From the NCBI GenBank assembly GCA_043228905.1, contig JBHGNT010000008.1:11780001-11844000 (forward strand): 64,000 nucleotides of DNA, read 5' to 3'. Positions 12,994-27,200 of the stretch are shown one piece after another (position 1 is the first letter of the stretch; each line of letters opens with the position of its first letter). The translations under genes and the position numbers were made by a program. This stretch comes from Azolla caroliniana (lineage: Eukaryota; Plantae; Polypodiophyta). Under the pieces are notes generated by a model, which was not told the DNA's origin, searched no databases, and was given only the letters and a program-made list of their open reading frames with translations.

Positions 12994-15949
12994 TTAAGTC
13001 ATATTGGACAAAAGGGAAAGTTGATGAACGTTTTACACATCCCGGGGATCACAAAGAACCTGGTGTCGGTCGGTCAGATCCTTGACTAGGGGATGCAGGT
13101 GTGGTTTACGCACCTCAGGTGATTCATTGAGGAAGAGGGCCAAATCATCGTGCAAGGGCGCCGGGATGGGAGGATGTTTATCCTCGACACCAACAACGTC
13201 GGCACCACTATGTTCGCAGAAGGACAGAATGTCGAATTGGATATCGACCTGTGGCACAAACGGATCGACGACGTCAACTATCACCATCTTCAAGACTTGC
13301 AATCCAAACAGGTTGTTTTCGGATTGCCAAAATTTAGTGGCCAGAAGGCCTGAATATGTGAAACCTACCAACTCGGGAAGCAACATTGGCTTCCATTCCC
13401 CACAGAAAGAAACCGGAGCCGTAACAAGCTCAACATGATACATTCGGATTTATGGGGACCAGCAAAGAACGTAAGTCTTGGTGGGAGCTCATATTTCGTC
13501 TCCGTCATCGATGACTACAACCGACACACATGGATCTACCTGATCGAAAGGAAAAGTGAAGTTTTCGACTATTTCCAGAACCTACAAAACCTTGTGGAAT
13601 GGGGAACGGAGAGGAAGATCAAGTGTTTGTGGTCGAATGGCGGAAAAGAATACTTTTCTGGCCAAGTCAACAGTTATCTGCAGCAGAAAGGAATTCGGAG
13701 AGAATTCAGTTGCAGATACACACCGGAACCAAATGGTGTGTTTGAAAGCAAGAATCGATCGATTGTGGAGCCGGCACAGGAAATGCTGGAGGAGAAGAGC
13801 ATGCGCAAGTTCTACTGGGCCGAAGCGGTCCGGACGACCGTCTACATCCAAAACCGGATCGGGGATAAGGTGTTAGCACACGAGTTGTATTTTGGGCGGA
13901 AGCTAAATTTAAGGAACCTTAAGATATTCGGTAGCATTGCATATGTGCATGTGCCGGATGATAAGCAGAGAAAGTTGGACCCGAACTCGGAGAAGTGCAT
14001 TTTGGTTGGCTACTCACATGAACAGAAGGGGTATAATTGCTACAACCCCTGGACCAAGCAAGTACGAGTAAGCCGAGATGTTGAATTTGATGAGTTGGCA
14101 TCCTGGTACTCTCTACCGACTCCATCCTCCGACTCCGACTCCGACTCGATTCCGAAAGATGATGCCAGTGAGCCCGAAACAATCCAGGCAGAAGATGATG
14201 CAGGATTCGATACTCTAGATGACAATCCGATCTCATTCCGGCCATGTGGGCCGAATCAGCGATTGAATCAGAATGACCAGTCAGATGAAGAGCCGGTGAG
14301 TAGTGGAGACTCGGTCATGCTCTCCCCATGCAAGGAACAGAGGAGACGGTTCACGCGCAAAGCGAAGGGGAAGAAGAAGATTTCGGAATACGCCACCGGC
14401 AGAGATGAGTCGGATTGGAGTGAATCCAACTCCGGAAAGAACGAAGATGGACCTTCAAAGATGAAGTCCGAGCCAGCCAAGAGGGCCTTGAAATTGGGTA
14501 ACGAGAAGTTATGTCGATCCACCCACCAAAAGAACCCCGTAAAATAGTACGGATATAATGACTATATGACACATCCCTACGAGTACATGACGAAAGTGGT
14601 GCAGGTGCGTGAGCCGGAGAGCTATGCAGAAGCGGCAAGGGACACACATTGGCATGCCGCTATGGAGGAAGAGATGCGGGAACTTCATGCCAATGACACA
14701 TGGGACTTGGTTGACCCTCCCTGACATTGCAAACCAATCGGTTGCAAGTGGGTGTACAAGGTAAAGTATAATGCTAACGGTTTGGGCAACTGGTACAAGG
14801 CCCCGTCAGTGTACAAGGCCCAATTAGTGGCCCGGTACAAGGCCTGGTAGCGAAGATGACGACGGTTCGTGTGGTGCTAACGGTTATTGCGCCAAGGGGA
14901 TGGCATCTTTACCAAATGGACGTGAAGAATGCATTTCTCAAGGCGATCTTGAAGAACAGGTCTACATGATCCATCCCCCCAAATTTCAGTCGAAGATGAA
15001 CAAGTCGGCAGTGTGCCGACTCAAGAAGTCACTTTACGGCCTGGGGGACCTTCATTACTTCCTCAGGATCGAAGTGATCCATACCCCCGATGGTATATTC
15101 CTCTCTCAGCGACACTATGTGCTGAATATGCTATACAAGTTTGCCATGACCGATTGCCGACCAATCTCCACACCCCTGGACTAGAATCTGAAGCTTCATC
15201 CCGACTCCGGACCAACCTGCGATGAGAAACGGTTCCTACAAATTGTCGGAAATCGTATTTATTTAACGATCACCCAACCCGACATTAGCTATCCGGTCAG
15301 CGTGATCAGTCAATTCATGTAGAAGCCAACCATGGAGCACCTTCAGTGCACGCACCGAATACTGCGGTATGTTAGCGGCACTAAGGACCGGGCACTGTTA
15401 TACCGACATGGTATAACTGAGAAGCTAGTCGGATATACAAATGTCAACTAGGCTGGTGATGTGTCAGATCGACGGTCAACATCCGGATTTATGTTTTCTC
15501 TAGGTAGCACAACTGTTGTGTAGAGCAGCAAGAAGCAGTCGACAGTATCTCTTTGAAGCACTAAGGTTGAGTATTGGGGTGCTAGCGTCTCCACCTGTGA
15601 AGCCATCTGGCTTTGGTGGCTGCTGCAAGACCTCCGGGTTGAAGTACCTACTCCAATTCTGATCTACTATAACAAAATGAGCAACATGCAGCTAGCCAAG
15701 AACCCTGTGTTCCATGCTCAAACGAAGCACATGGAGTGCATTATCACTTTGTCCGCAAACGGGTCCTCAGTGGTGAAGTAGAAGTCCGGTATGTCTGGAC
15801 GGATCAATAGGTTTCCGACATCTTCACGAAGGCCCTTGGGACCGATGAGTTGCAACATTTTTCAGAGATGCTTGGTCTTCAATATCTCCACATGCCGCAC
15901 ATGAGGGGGAGAATCGGTACTGATACCGGGAGAACTGGAACCGGAACGG

Positions 15950-18900
15950 TGTCGTAGTGTATTCCACACACTACGTGAAAACCATAAAATAATATATCCG
16001 ATTTTAGATACATATAGATAAATAAATAATATATCAAAATATTTATCACGTGCATAAGGCAAGATTTGAACCCTATACCTCCACGTAGCCAAACCTCAAC
16101 TTTACCATTATGCTACCTTATTTTTAGTGTTCTACAAATAGATTTAATAACTATAACTGCTTTATTTGCGCCTACCTTTATTAAAAGGTAAATCATGCAT
16201 TTTTAGAGTGCGTGAATATTTTATAGAAAAACGCAAGCAACTAAAAAGTGACTCATGTACATCTAGCGTGCGTGAGCACTATATTTAGCAAATAAAAGCA
16301 AGGATTAGAAAAGCATCACATGCACATTTAGTGTGCATGAACATATTATAAAAAAGCATGTAGCTATGCTTAGTCTCTCCCATCACTATATAAGGATGGG
16401 GAGCACATTGTAGTTTTTGTTGATTTTTTTTTCTATAATGATCAATCAATCTAAAATATTCGTGGGATTCACGAATTTGCTAAAATAATTCTCTCTTACT
16501 ACCTAAATATTGACTAAATATACTAAACTCGTGGGATTCACAAGATTCTTATCTTATAACTCTTTATACCTATTCTTTACTAGACTTATTTGTATTTTTC
16601 TTCCTCCTAGTCCATAACCTCGGCGGTTCCCACCCGACTCACGCAACGATCCGGAGCCGAAAGGCACGACACAGTTGGTGAATCCGACATGAAAACCGGG
16701 TGGCAAGGAGATGGAAAATCAACCGGAGGCTAGCAACCTGATGATGATGTTCGAGCGCATGCTACAAGAACAACGCGCGATTTCGGAGATAGCGGCATCA
16801 GTGGAGCGGCTCGTGCAACGAAATGGGCAATTCAATGGGAAAGACGTGTCGCGGTATCTTCGGGACTACAAGCGGAGATGCTATGGTGCGGAATATCGGA
16901 AAGACTGCAAGTGACGTCCTTCAACCGGGTGGCGACCAACGGGCTTCAAGCAAGCATCCATGGGCTACGACAACAAAATCCGACATGGGAGGTGTTTGAA
17001 GAAGAGCTAAAGAGGACGTTCGCCATCGAGGATTCCTCCAAGGCGACGCGAAGGGGATTCGAAGATTGGGTGGAGACGCCGGACAAGGGATTGAAGGTCG
17101 TTGATGTGTTTTCGGCATTCGAAAGCCAGTTCGGGAGGTTGTCCGTGAGAGATCAAGCTATCCTCGTACGGGATAAGGTGATCATGTTCTTGCGAGCCGT
17201 GGACATCCGGGACCGGAAAGATCTCGGAGTGCTCTTGGAGGACATGACCACGGAGAGTGGCCTCACCGAAACATGGGAAAGCGTGCAGGATATTGTCGCG
17301 TGATACACGAAGAGGGGGCAATGGCTTGCCAACGAGGAAAAGAGGGTTTCGGAACCGATTCCGAAACCGAGAACCGGATTGGAAGACCATCAACCAAGGG
17401 CTCGGGAGACTACAACCGAGAAGGGGATTGATGCATCTACGGTGGAGCAACTATTGAAGGAGATGGAGAATCTGAAGATCGCGATGGTGAAGAAGTCGGA
17501 TGACCGACCCACAAGCTCCAAGTATACGGACCAACGGTGCATATGGTGCGATAGCGCCGAACACGATCGGAGGGATTGCGACGAGCATAAGGAGGCGCTA
17601 CGGCGGGATCTCGTCTACTACGAGGGGAACCAGATTCATTTGATGGACTCTCGGAAGCCACTCCGACCGAACTTCCGGAAAGGCGGCATGAAGAAGGTGC
17701 TCGAGGAGGAATTGGCGGCAAGAAGCAACTATGCGACAACCGCGGGAATATGTGTTGGGGAGTCATCGAGAGCAAGGACGTCTTTTTGGCCGGAAGTTCT
17801 AGAAAACACTGAGAAAACCGACTCCAACGATATCCGAAGCACCGCGGAAGGCGTCCGGGAAGCTACGGGATGGGAGTGCCCTGTTGACAAGAATAGCGTA
17901 TACGCCCTGTGTCAATTGCATAAGGTGTATATGGATGAGAAACGACGATGCACGGAGGATGCGGGCGGGCCATCGAAGATACCAGAAAGCTGGAACTCCG
18001 GAGGTAAGGGAAAAGAAAAGGCAACTCCGGCATTCAAGCTCGCCTCGGACATAGAACAACAAACCAACTTGAAAAGAGTGTTCGAGGAAAGGATCTTGGA
18101 TAGCCGGGTAGATTTTTCGCTTCGGGAGCTACTCGGAATAGCAAAGAAGGAGTTCCACAATCTTCTCGTGGATCTCGTGAAGCGAAAAAGACAAAGTATG
18201 GAGGAAAATGATCCAAGGGTGAATGCGAACACCGTTTTAATGAACGACACCGAAGTGGAGGACGAAATTCCGAACTCCCACTATACAAGGCCACATTGGG
18301 CACACGCGACGACGGAGACTCTGGTTCGAATCGGCAACATCAAAGAACCCGTGCTAGCATTGATTGATCACGGATCGGAGATCAACGTGATGTCCAAGGA
18401 GTTCTACCGGAAGGGGAAGTGGCCTATTAACACCAACCATGGATGGAAGATTCGGGCAGCCACCAAAGCAATGGAAGATCTATTTGAGGCTTGTCCGGAT
18501 GTGATGGTGAAGATCAGGGATGTCGAGATCGACCAAAATTTCTTCGTGCAAGATGAGGTTTCACATTCCGTCATCCTCGGCCAACCCTTTATCACGGCAT
18601 CACGGATGGAGACGAAGTTGCTCGATAGCGGTGCGGCTTTTGCGCGAATTCGGAGCCAAAACGGTGGGAAATCCGTCCAATTCCTAACAGTGCCGGCAAA
18701 TCACGAAAGGAACAAGAGAGAACTCTTGGCCCTCTTGTTCCTTTCGGACTGTTGCGGAGTGGGGAAGTGATAGTCCGAGAAGCCCTGATACCCCACACAG
18801 GAAGAAAACTCTCGGAGCAAAACATGTACGAATAGGTCTGGATGGGGCATCTACATACACGACCGTAACCGGAGGATTGAAGAAAGGATACCGACAAGTG

Positions 18901-21900
18901 GAGGATAAGTTGCGGTCGGCATCAATAATAAAAGAAGATGAAGAAATCATGGGGATAGTTGAAGAAGTGTTCTATGGGAGCACGCTACAATGACTTGAAG
19001 AGCTTGCGGAAGATAAAAGCCAAGGGAACCGGGTAGTCCCGATGGAATCGGTTGAGATGTACGAGATCATTGCGAAAATGGAGCCGGATACGCTCCGCAA
19101 AGAAGAAGCAATGGTAAGTACGAAATACAAGAACGTGGAGAAGAAGGTGAAACCGGTCGCGGGACCACTACCCGGGAGATCCGACACTTCGGAAGTCCGT
19201 GGATATCGGACATGCCTTCACGGATGAGACCCGGAAGAAACTTCGGATTGGTGGAGGTGGGTTCCTATTACAAAAAGAAGAACGGTTTCGCGAGATGTTG
19301 GAGCAACACGGCAAAGCGTTTGCATTTACATCAAGGGAGATAGGGTGCGTCGATCCGAGAATAGTGGAGCCGATGGTGATCTTCACAATTGACCATGTAC
19401 CATGGAACCTGAAGCCGATTCCGGTGCCACGAGCGAATATTCCGAAAGTCATTGACTTGCTCAAGGAGAAGGTGGTGATGGGGATTCTAGAGCCATCAAC
19501 TGCTCCGTACTCAAATCGATGGTTTACGGTTCCAAAGAAGAATGGGTCACTCCGATTTATCCAAGACTTGCAACCGGTTAATAAGGTCACGATCCGGAAC
19601 TCGGGAGTCGGTCCGATAGTGGACGAATTTGCGGAAGCTTTTGCCGGTCGTGCGATATACTCCATCGGAGACTTATACTCGGGGTATGACCAATTCCAAC
19701 TAGCCGTGGAGAGCCGAGACATCACAACCATGCGAACACCAATAGGATTAGTCCGAATGTGCACACTACCACAAGGAGCGACAAACTCGGTTGCTCATAT
19801 GATAAACGCGATGAACAAGGTGCTTCGAGACTGCATTCCGGAGATAACGATGTCATTCCTCGATGACATTCCGATGAAATGATGCGCGGTAGAAGAAAAA
19901 GATGAGACTATGGATGATCGGGGATGCTGAAAGTTCGTGGTCGACCATATTCATGATTGCGAGAAAGTGTTGCGAAAGCTAGAAGATGTGCACCTAACAC
20001 TTTCCGGGGAGAAATCAGCATTTGGGCAAGAAGAAATATTGGTGGTCGGACATCTATGTGGGCCCTACGACCGAAGACCGTCACCAACAAAGACCGTCAC
20101 CAACAAAGATTGTTGAGTCCCCGACCTCTTGTAACATCTTTCCGATCATCAAACTCTCTCCCTCGTATTCTTCTTCCTGGAATTCTCGGATTACGTTCAC
20201 TCGGCATATGTGCTCCGACGCGAAGTAGTCTTCGGAAACTTCTTCATTATCCGATTCGGTTATGTCGTCTCCGAACCGAGCCCTTGATAACATATCCGCT
20301 ACGACCGACCGATCATAGTAACGGTTGATACAAGTCCAACCGTTATCGGGTGGGTCATCAATCAAGCCGACTCGGATGGTTCGCGGTATCCGATCCGATT
20401 CGGAGCAAAGGTTCTCAACGAAAGGCAACGTGGATATGCACAAGTCAAAAGAGAACTGTGGGGAGTCGTGTCGGCGATAAAATCGGATCGGGATTATTTG
20501 ATTGGAGCCGAAGTGGTGATCGAGACGGATTGTCTTCCGATACTCGGGATGATGCGGTGTTGTACGATACCGGATGTAGCTATGCTAAGGTGGGTTGCAT
20601 ATGTCAAGTCGCTTAATCCGGAGGTTCGACACATCTCGGGGAAAGACAACGCAGTAGCGGATATGTTATCAAGGGCTCGGTACGGAGACGACATAACCGA
20701 ATCGGATAATGAAGAAGTTTCCGAAGACTACTTCGCGTCGGAGCACATATGCCGAGTGAACGTAATCCGAGAATTCCAGGAAGAAGAATACGAGGGAGAG
20801 AGTTTGATGATCGGAAAGATGTTACAAGAGGTCGAGGACTCAACAAACGATAAAGGAAGAAGAGCCGAGATTAGAAGGAAGAAGAGGCAAGTCCAAAAGT
20901 TCTTCTTGGAAAACAGATTAATATGGAGGGCGCCGAAAAGACCGGATGGTATACCACTTCGAGTAGTCGGGAAAAAAGAGCAACGAAACCGGATAATGTC
21001 CGAGTTTCACGAATCCGATTGGGCTGGACACCGAGGAACATGGGCAACATTTGTGAAGATCAAGCAAAAATATTGTTGGAAGAAAATGTACAAAGATGTC
21101 GCGGAGTTCACGGAAAGCTGCGAGAAATGTCAAGTCTACTCCGGGGTTCGACATCGAGATGAGTTACATCCAACATTCTCACCGACAATCAACTTCAAGT
21201 GGATGGTCGACATAGTGGCCATGCCGACCGGGATCGAACAAAAGAAATACTTGGTATTAGCTCGGGAAGATCTCACGAATCAAGTAGAAGGTCGAGCGCT
21301 TCAGAGGAAAACGTGTTCCGCGGTATGCCAATTTCTTTTGGAGGAAGTATTTTGCAGGTACGGGTGCGGAGGGCAAGTGATTGCGGACCGGGAAGAACTC
21401 GACTCGGACAAAGCTAGGGGATTCTTCGCCAAACACAGAGTTCGGTTATCACTGACAACGGTATACAATCCGGAGGCCAACGGGAAAATCAAACGAGGAC
21501 ATAGTCCGATCGTGAAAGCACTTGCGAAGGCATGCGATGGAAAGGTGAAGGACTGGCCGCAGATGCTTCCGTATGCACTATGGGCGGATCGGACGACGCA
21601 TAGCTCCATAACCGGTTACATGCCACCAGAACTCATGACCGGACAAGCACTGGTAATGCCGACGGAAACCGCGATCGCAACATGGACAGTGCTACCGTGG
21701 AAGGAAGAGATGAGCCGGGAAGAACTACTAGCGGTCTGGATACGACAACTAGAGGGAAGACCGGCAGACATAGCTGAAGCAATACGCCGACAACAAGAAG
21801 CACGGTTCCGGAACAAAAGCCGGTTCAACACAAAGCACCGACTACGACCGAGGAGGATTGAAGAAGGAGATTGGGTGATCGTCTATGACAGTAGTTTAGA

Positions 21901-23296
21901 CCATCAACATACAACGATGCGGAAATTCGCGAACCAACCATACGAGGTTCGGAAAGTCTTCGACAACGGAACGTACTGACTATCCGAGTTGGATGGTACA
22001 ATACTACGAGTGCCTATAGCCGGGAATCGGGTGAAGATTTTCAAGAAGCGGACCGACGACAAACCCTATGTGATCCAAGCCAAGGCCGACAACGAGGAGC
22101 AATCAGACGAAGACCACGGTGATGCGGGAAGCGAAGAAAGTGAATTACAACTCATAGTCGACATTAGGGGAGAATCGGAGGAAGCTTTGGGTGAAGAGGG
22201 ATATGAGGAATCGAGAACTTCGGCACATACCGGAGGATGTGCGGGTTCAGAGGGGGCAAGTGTCGTAGTGTATTCCACACACATAATATATCCGATTTTA
22301 GATACATCAATTTCTTTTGGAGGAAGTATTTTGCAGGTACGGGTGCATAGGGCAAGTGATTGCGGACCGGGGAGAACTCGACTCGGACAAAGCTAGGGGA
22401 TTCTTCGCCAAACACGGAGTTTGGTTATCACTGACAACGGCATACAATCCGGAGGCCAACGGGAAAATTGAACGAGGACAACTCATAGTCGACATTAGGG
22501 GAGAATCAGAGGAAGGTTTGGGTGAAGAGGGATATGGGGAATCGAGAACTTCGGCACATACCGGAGGATGTGCGGGTTCAGAGGGGGCAAGTGTCGTAGT
22601 GTATTCCACACACATAATATATCCGATTTTAGATACATATAGATAAATAAATAATATATCAAAATATTTATCACGTGTATAAGGCAAGATTTGAACCCTA
22701 TACCTCCACGTAACCAAACCTTAACTTTACCATTATGCTACCTTATCTTTAGTGTTCTACAAATAGATTTAATAACTATAACTGCTTTATTTGCGCCTAC
22801 CTTTATTAAAAGGTAAATCATGCATTTTTAGAGTGCGTGAATATTTTATAGAAAAACGCAAGCAACTAAAAAGTGACTCATGCACATCTAGCGTGCATGA
22901 GCACTATATTTAGCAAATAAAAGCAAGGATTAGAAAAGCATCACATGCACATTTAGTGTGCATGAACATATTAGAAAAAAGCATGTAGCTATGCTTAGTC
23001 TCTCCAATCACTATATAAGGATGGGGAGCACATTGTAGTTTTTGTTGATTTTTTTTTCTATAATGATCAATCAATCTAAAATATTCGTGGGATTCACGAA
23101 TTTGCTAAAATAATTCTCTCTTACTACCTAAATATTGACTAAATATACTAAACTCGTGGGATTCACAAGATTCTTATCTTATAACTCTTTATACCTATTC
23201 TTTACTAGCCTTATTTGTATTTTTCTTCCTCCTAGTCCAAAACCTCGGCGGTTCCCACCCGATTCACGCAACGATCCGGAGCCGAAAGGCACGACA
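15950..23296 (+). mobile_element. Ty3/gypsy element G2 (Phygy/Selgy-like), full length but disrupted
   Basis: LTRs 15950-16671 and 22592-23296 (TGTCGT...ACGACA), PBS-Trp 16676-16692, PPT GAGGGGGCAAG, flanking ACGG direct repeat, gag/PR/RT/RH/INT ORF pieces 16711-22250. Confidence 0.92.
16054..16121 (-). promoter_or_regulatory. tRNA-like A/B-box module in G2 LTR (copy at 22679-22746)
   Basis: Minus strand ATAAGG-TAGCATAATGGTA...GGGTTCAAATCTTG-CCTTAT. Acceptor-like 6-bp stem, tRNA spacing, and a T4 run ~15 nt downstream. Confidence 0.65.
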
Positions 23297-24259
23297 ACGG
23301 AACCGAGAAAACAGGGGGAGACAAGAAGAAAAAGAAAGACGAGCCAACTAAAGAACTTAGCACATCCGATAAAGTCAAAACAAGCGATGATGGTAGTGGA
23401 GTCAAGAAGGACAAAGCTGACCGGAACAAGAAGGCCAGGACCTGGACGTGGCCCGATGTGGTAAAGGGCCTGAAGATTGAGGACAAATTGGAGACAACCA
23501 ATTCGGAGAAGAACAAGAACGAATCGGAGTCACCGGATTCGGAAGCGAGGCTTGATTCGAAGGAGCCAGATCGACTGAAGGACAAACGGAAAAGGAGGCA
23601 GTGGAAGTCAACACCAACACGGAGGAACCGATGGGTTGGGATGCGCCGAGGTCACAACAACAAAGGAGCTAAGATGGGCCTTCTGAGTAGACAAGCCGAT
23701 TGAGAAGGCTGAGATGCGCGGAACTGGATGCGTCGCGGGAAGACGAACCGGACCGGACAAAGAGCGTGAACCTGGTGGAGGGCGTCAGGGAGAACAGGAG
23801 GAGAGGACCAGTTGCCACAAACACTGACACTACAATCCGACCTCAAGTTGAGCTTGAGGGGGAGTGTTTAACGGACAAGCTCAACCGGATCCAGATCGGT
23901 TGAACGAGCTTGAGCCGGATCAGTATCCGAAACCAAGAGCCGGATCAGAGAGACGGTAGGCCATTAGAGGTCTACAATCTTAGCCTAGTACGTACGCTCT
24001 CTGTTAGTGTGATTCAAGCTTCTATCAAACCTTGTCTCTCTTTTCTATTGCTATTCGGATAAACCGGTTTGTCAAAGCTTTTGCATATTAAGTTTAACAC
24101 TTACTTGCTACCATCTCTCAATCAGTCCGGATCCAGATCGATACAACTATTCCGGATACGTCCGTTCCTATAATATTTCTAATTAATAATTAATCTAATT
24201 ATAATATCTGACTCGTCCCTTTCCACATTTATCCTTCGGATCATACTCCGGCCAAAACA

Positions 24260-27200
24260 AACGACATATCGTCTTACTCAGACCTCTTTCATTCGAGGGT
24301 TATAACACTTATAACTCTTCTGCTCATCCGAGTAGCTAACCAAGATCCATTTTTCGGCTTTTGCATCTAACTTCCTCCATTTTTCGTTCGCCATATGCAC
24401 ATATGCAATGCTCCTAAATACCTTCAAGTGTGCCAAATTCGGCTTCTAGTACAACCCATGTGGCAACACTCCTCGATTTGCAAAAGTTCGATTATGCAGG
24501 TATACCACCGTCCTAATGGCTTCAGCCCAGTAGAATTTCAGCATATGCTTCTCCTCAAGCTTTTCCCTGACCGCTTCTTCCATCTTCCGATTCTTCCTCT
24601 CGGCCACGCCATTATGCTGCAGCGTGTATCTACAAGAGAATTCACGTCGAATTCCTTCCTTTTGCAGATAGCTAGAGACCTAGTCGAAAAAGTACTCTTT
24701 CTTGCCAACGAACTGTAGGCACTTGACCTTTCGGTCTGTCTCCCATTCGGCAAGGATTTTCACCTTCAAGAAGTAGGAGAATACTTCGCTTTGCTTCTCG
24801 ATCAAGCACACCCAAGTGTGCCGCGTGTAGTCATCAATGAAGGTTACAAAATAACGACTTCCACCGACACTCACTTTCTGTGTCGGTCTCCATACATCTA
24901 ATTGGATTAAATCAAGCTTGTGTAGGCTCCAATTTCTTTCATTTGGGAATGGAAGTCGGTGATGCTTCCCTAACTAGCAGGCTTCAAAGACTTGGCCCTT
25001 TTGGCCACTGAATTTCGTCAGGCCGAAAACGATGTTTTTCATCTACATCTCCTGAAGCCGCGGGAAGTTGATGGTTGAACCGCTTGTTCCACAAGTCGAT
25101 GTTCGATTCTACTTTTTGCCCTTTGGTGAACATAGAGGTACCGACGTCGTTCGTTTCGAGGATGAACATCCTCCCTTCTCGGCGCCCTTGCGCGATCATC
25201 TTGCCTTCTTCTATGATATACCACCCAAGATTAGTAAATCGAACTTGCATGCCTTAGTCAACAATTTTTCTAACCGACACCAAGTTCTTGGTGATTGTTG
25301 GCATATGCAAGTTCCGACTCTTCCTCTCAGCCACACTATTCTGTTGCGACGTGTATCTGCAGGAGAATTTGTGTTGAATTCCTTCCTTTTATGGATAGCT
25401 AGAGAACTAGTCGAAAAAGTACTCTTTCCCGCCATCAAACCTTAGGCACTTGACGTTTCAGCCCGTCTCCCGTTCGGCAACGATTTTCACATAAAGAAGT
25501 ACGAGAATACTTCACTTTTCTTCTCGAGCAAGTACACCCAAGTGTGCCGAGTGTATTCATCAATGAAGGTGACAATGTAACGACTTCCACCAATACTCAC
25601 GTTTTGTGTCGGTCCCCATACATTCGAATGGATTAAATCGAGCTTGTTTCGGCTCCGATTTCTTTCATTTGGGAACGGAACTAGGTGATGCTTTCCTAAC
25701 TGACAGGCTTCGCAGACTTGGCCCTTTCGGCCACTGAATTTCAGCAACCCAAAAACGATCTTTTTTGTCTGCATTTCCTAAAGCTGTGGGCAGTTGACAT
25801 GGCTGAACTGCCTATCCCACAAGTCGATGCCCGATTCCACTTTTGCCCATTGGCGAACATAGCGGTACTGACATTGTTCGTTTCGAGGATCAACATCCTC
25901 CCTTCTCGGTGCCCATGTGCCATGATCTTGCCTTCCTCTTCGATGAAGCACCTGAGATCAGTAATTCAAACTTGCTCGACTTGGTCAACAATTCGTCTGA
26001 CAGACACCAAGTTCTTGGTGATTATCGGCACATGCAAGTTCCGATTCTTTCTTTCATCCATGCCATTCTGTTGCGGCGTGTATCTACAGGAGAATTCGAG
26101 TCAAATTCCTTCCTTTTGCGGATAGCTAGAGAATTGGGTGAGAAATTACTCCTTCCCGCCATTGGACCTTAGGTAGTTGACCTTTCTACTTGTCTCCCGA
26201 TTAGCAAGGCTTTTCACCTTCAAGAAGTAGGAGAATACTTCGCTTTCTTCTCAATCAAACACACCCAAGTGTGCCGAGTGTAGTCATCAATGGAGGTTAC
26301 AAAGTAACGACTTCCACCGATACTCATGTTCTACATCGGTCCCCATACATCCGAATGGATTAAATCGAATTTGATTTCTTTCATTTGGGAATAGAATTCA
26401 TTGATGCTTCCCTAACTGGCACGCTTCGTAGACTTGGCCCTCTCGGCCACTAAATTTTGGCAACCCGAAAACGATGTTTTTCGTCTCCACCTCTTGAAGT
26501 CGTGGGAAGTTGACATGGTTGAACCGCTTGTTCCACAAGTCGATGACCGATTCGACTTTTTGCCCTTTGGCCAATATGTGGTGCCGACGTTGTTCATTTC
26601 AAGGATGAACATCCTCCCTTCTCAGCGCACATGTGCGACCATCTTGCCTTCTTCTTCGATGAAGCACCCGAGATGAGTAAATCGAACTTACATGCCTTGG
26701 TCAACAATTTGTCCGACCGACACCAAGTTTTTGGTGATTGTCAAGACATGCAAGTTCCGATTCTTCCTCTCAGCCACGCCATTATATTGTGTCATGTATC
26801 TGCAGGAGAATTCGCGTCGAATTCCTTCCTTTTGCGGATAGCTAGAGAATAGGGTGAAAAAGTACTCATTCCCGCCATCGGACCTTAGGCACTTGACCTT
26901 TCTGCTTGTCTCTCGTTCGGCAAGGCTTTTCACCTTCAAGAAGTAGGAGAATACTTTGCTTTTCTTCTCCATCAAGCACGCCCAAGTGTGCCGAGTGTAG
27001 TCATCAATGAAGGTTACAAAGTAACGACTTCCACCGATACTCATGTTCGTCGGTCCCCATACATCCGAATTGATTCAATCAAGCTTGTTTTGGCCTTGAT
27101 TTCTTTCATTTGGGAATAGAAGTCGGTGATGCTTCCCTAACTAGCGGGCTTCACAGACTTGGTCCTTTCGGCCACTGAATTTCGGCAACCCGAAAACTAT

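Larger units (their letters stand above)
12994..24099 (+). mobile_element. Degenerate copia family A element (integrase-RT-RH plus 3' extension), split by G2; 3' LTR 23865-24099
   Basis: ORF 13435-14547 is integrase (IHSDLWGP, KCILVGY). RT/RH remnants run to ~15900. PPT TTGAGGGGGAG at 23854-23864. The LTR is internally deleted. Confidence 0.85.

Noticed and set aside
24100-24259. Short unassigned segment between the copia A LTR and the minus-strand copia
   Set aside because: No termini, ORF or in-window homology that I could support. Probably another TE fragment.
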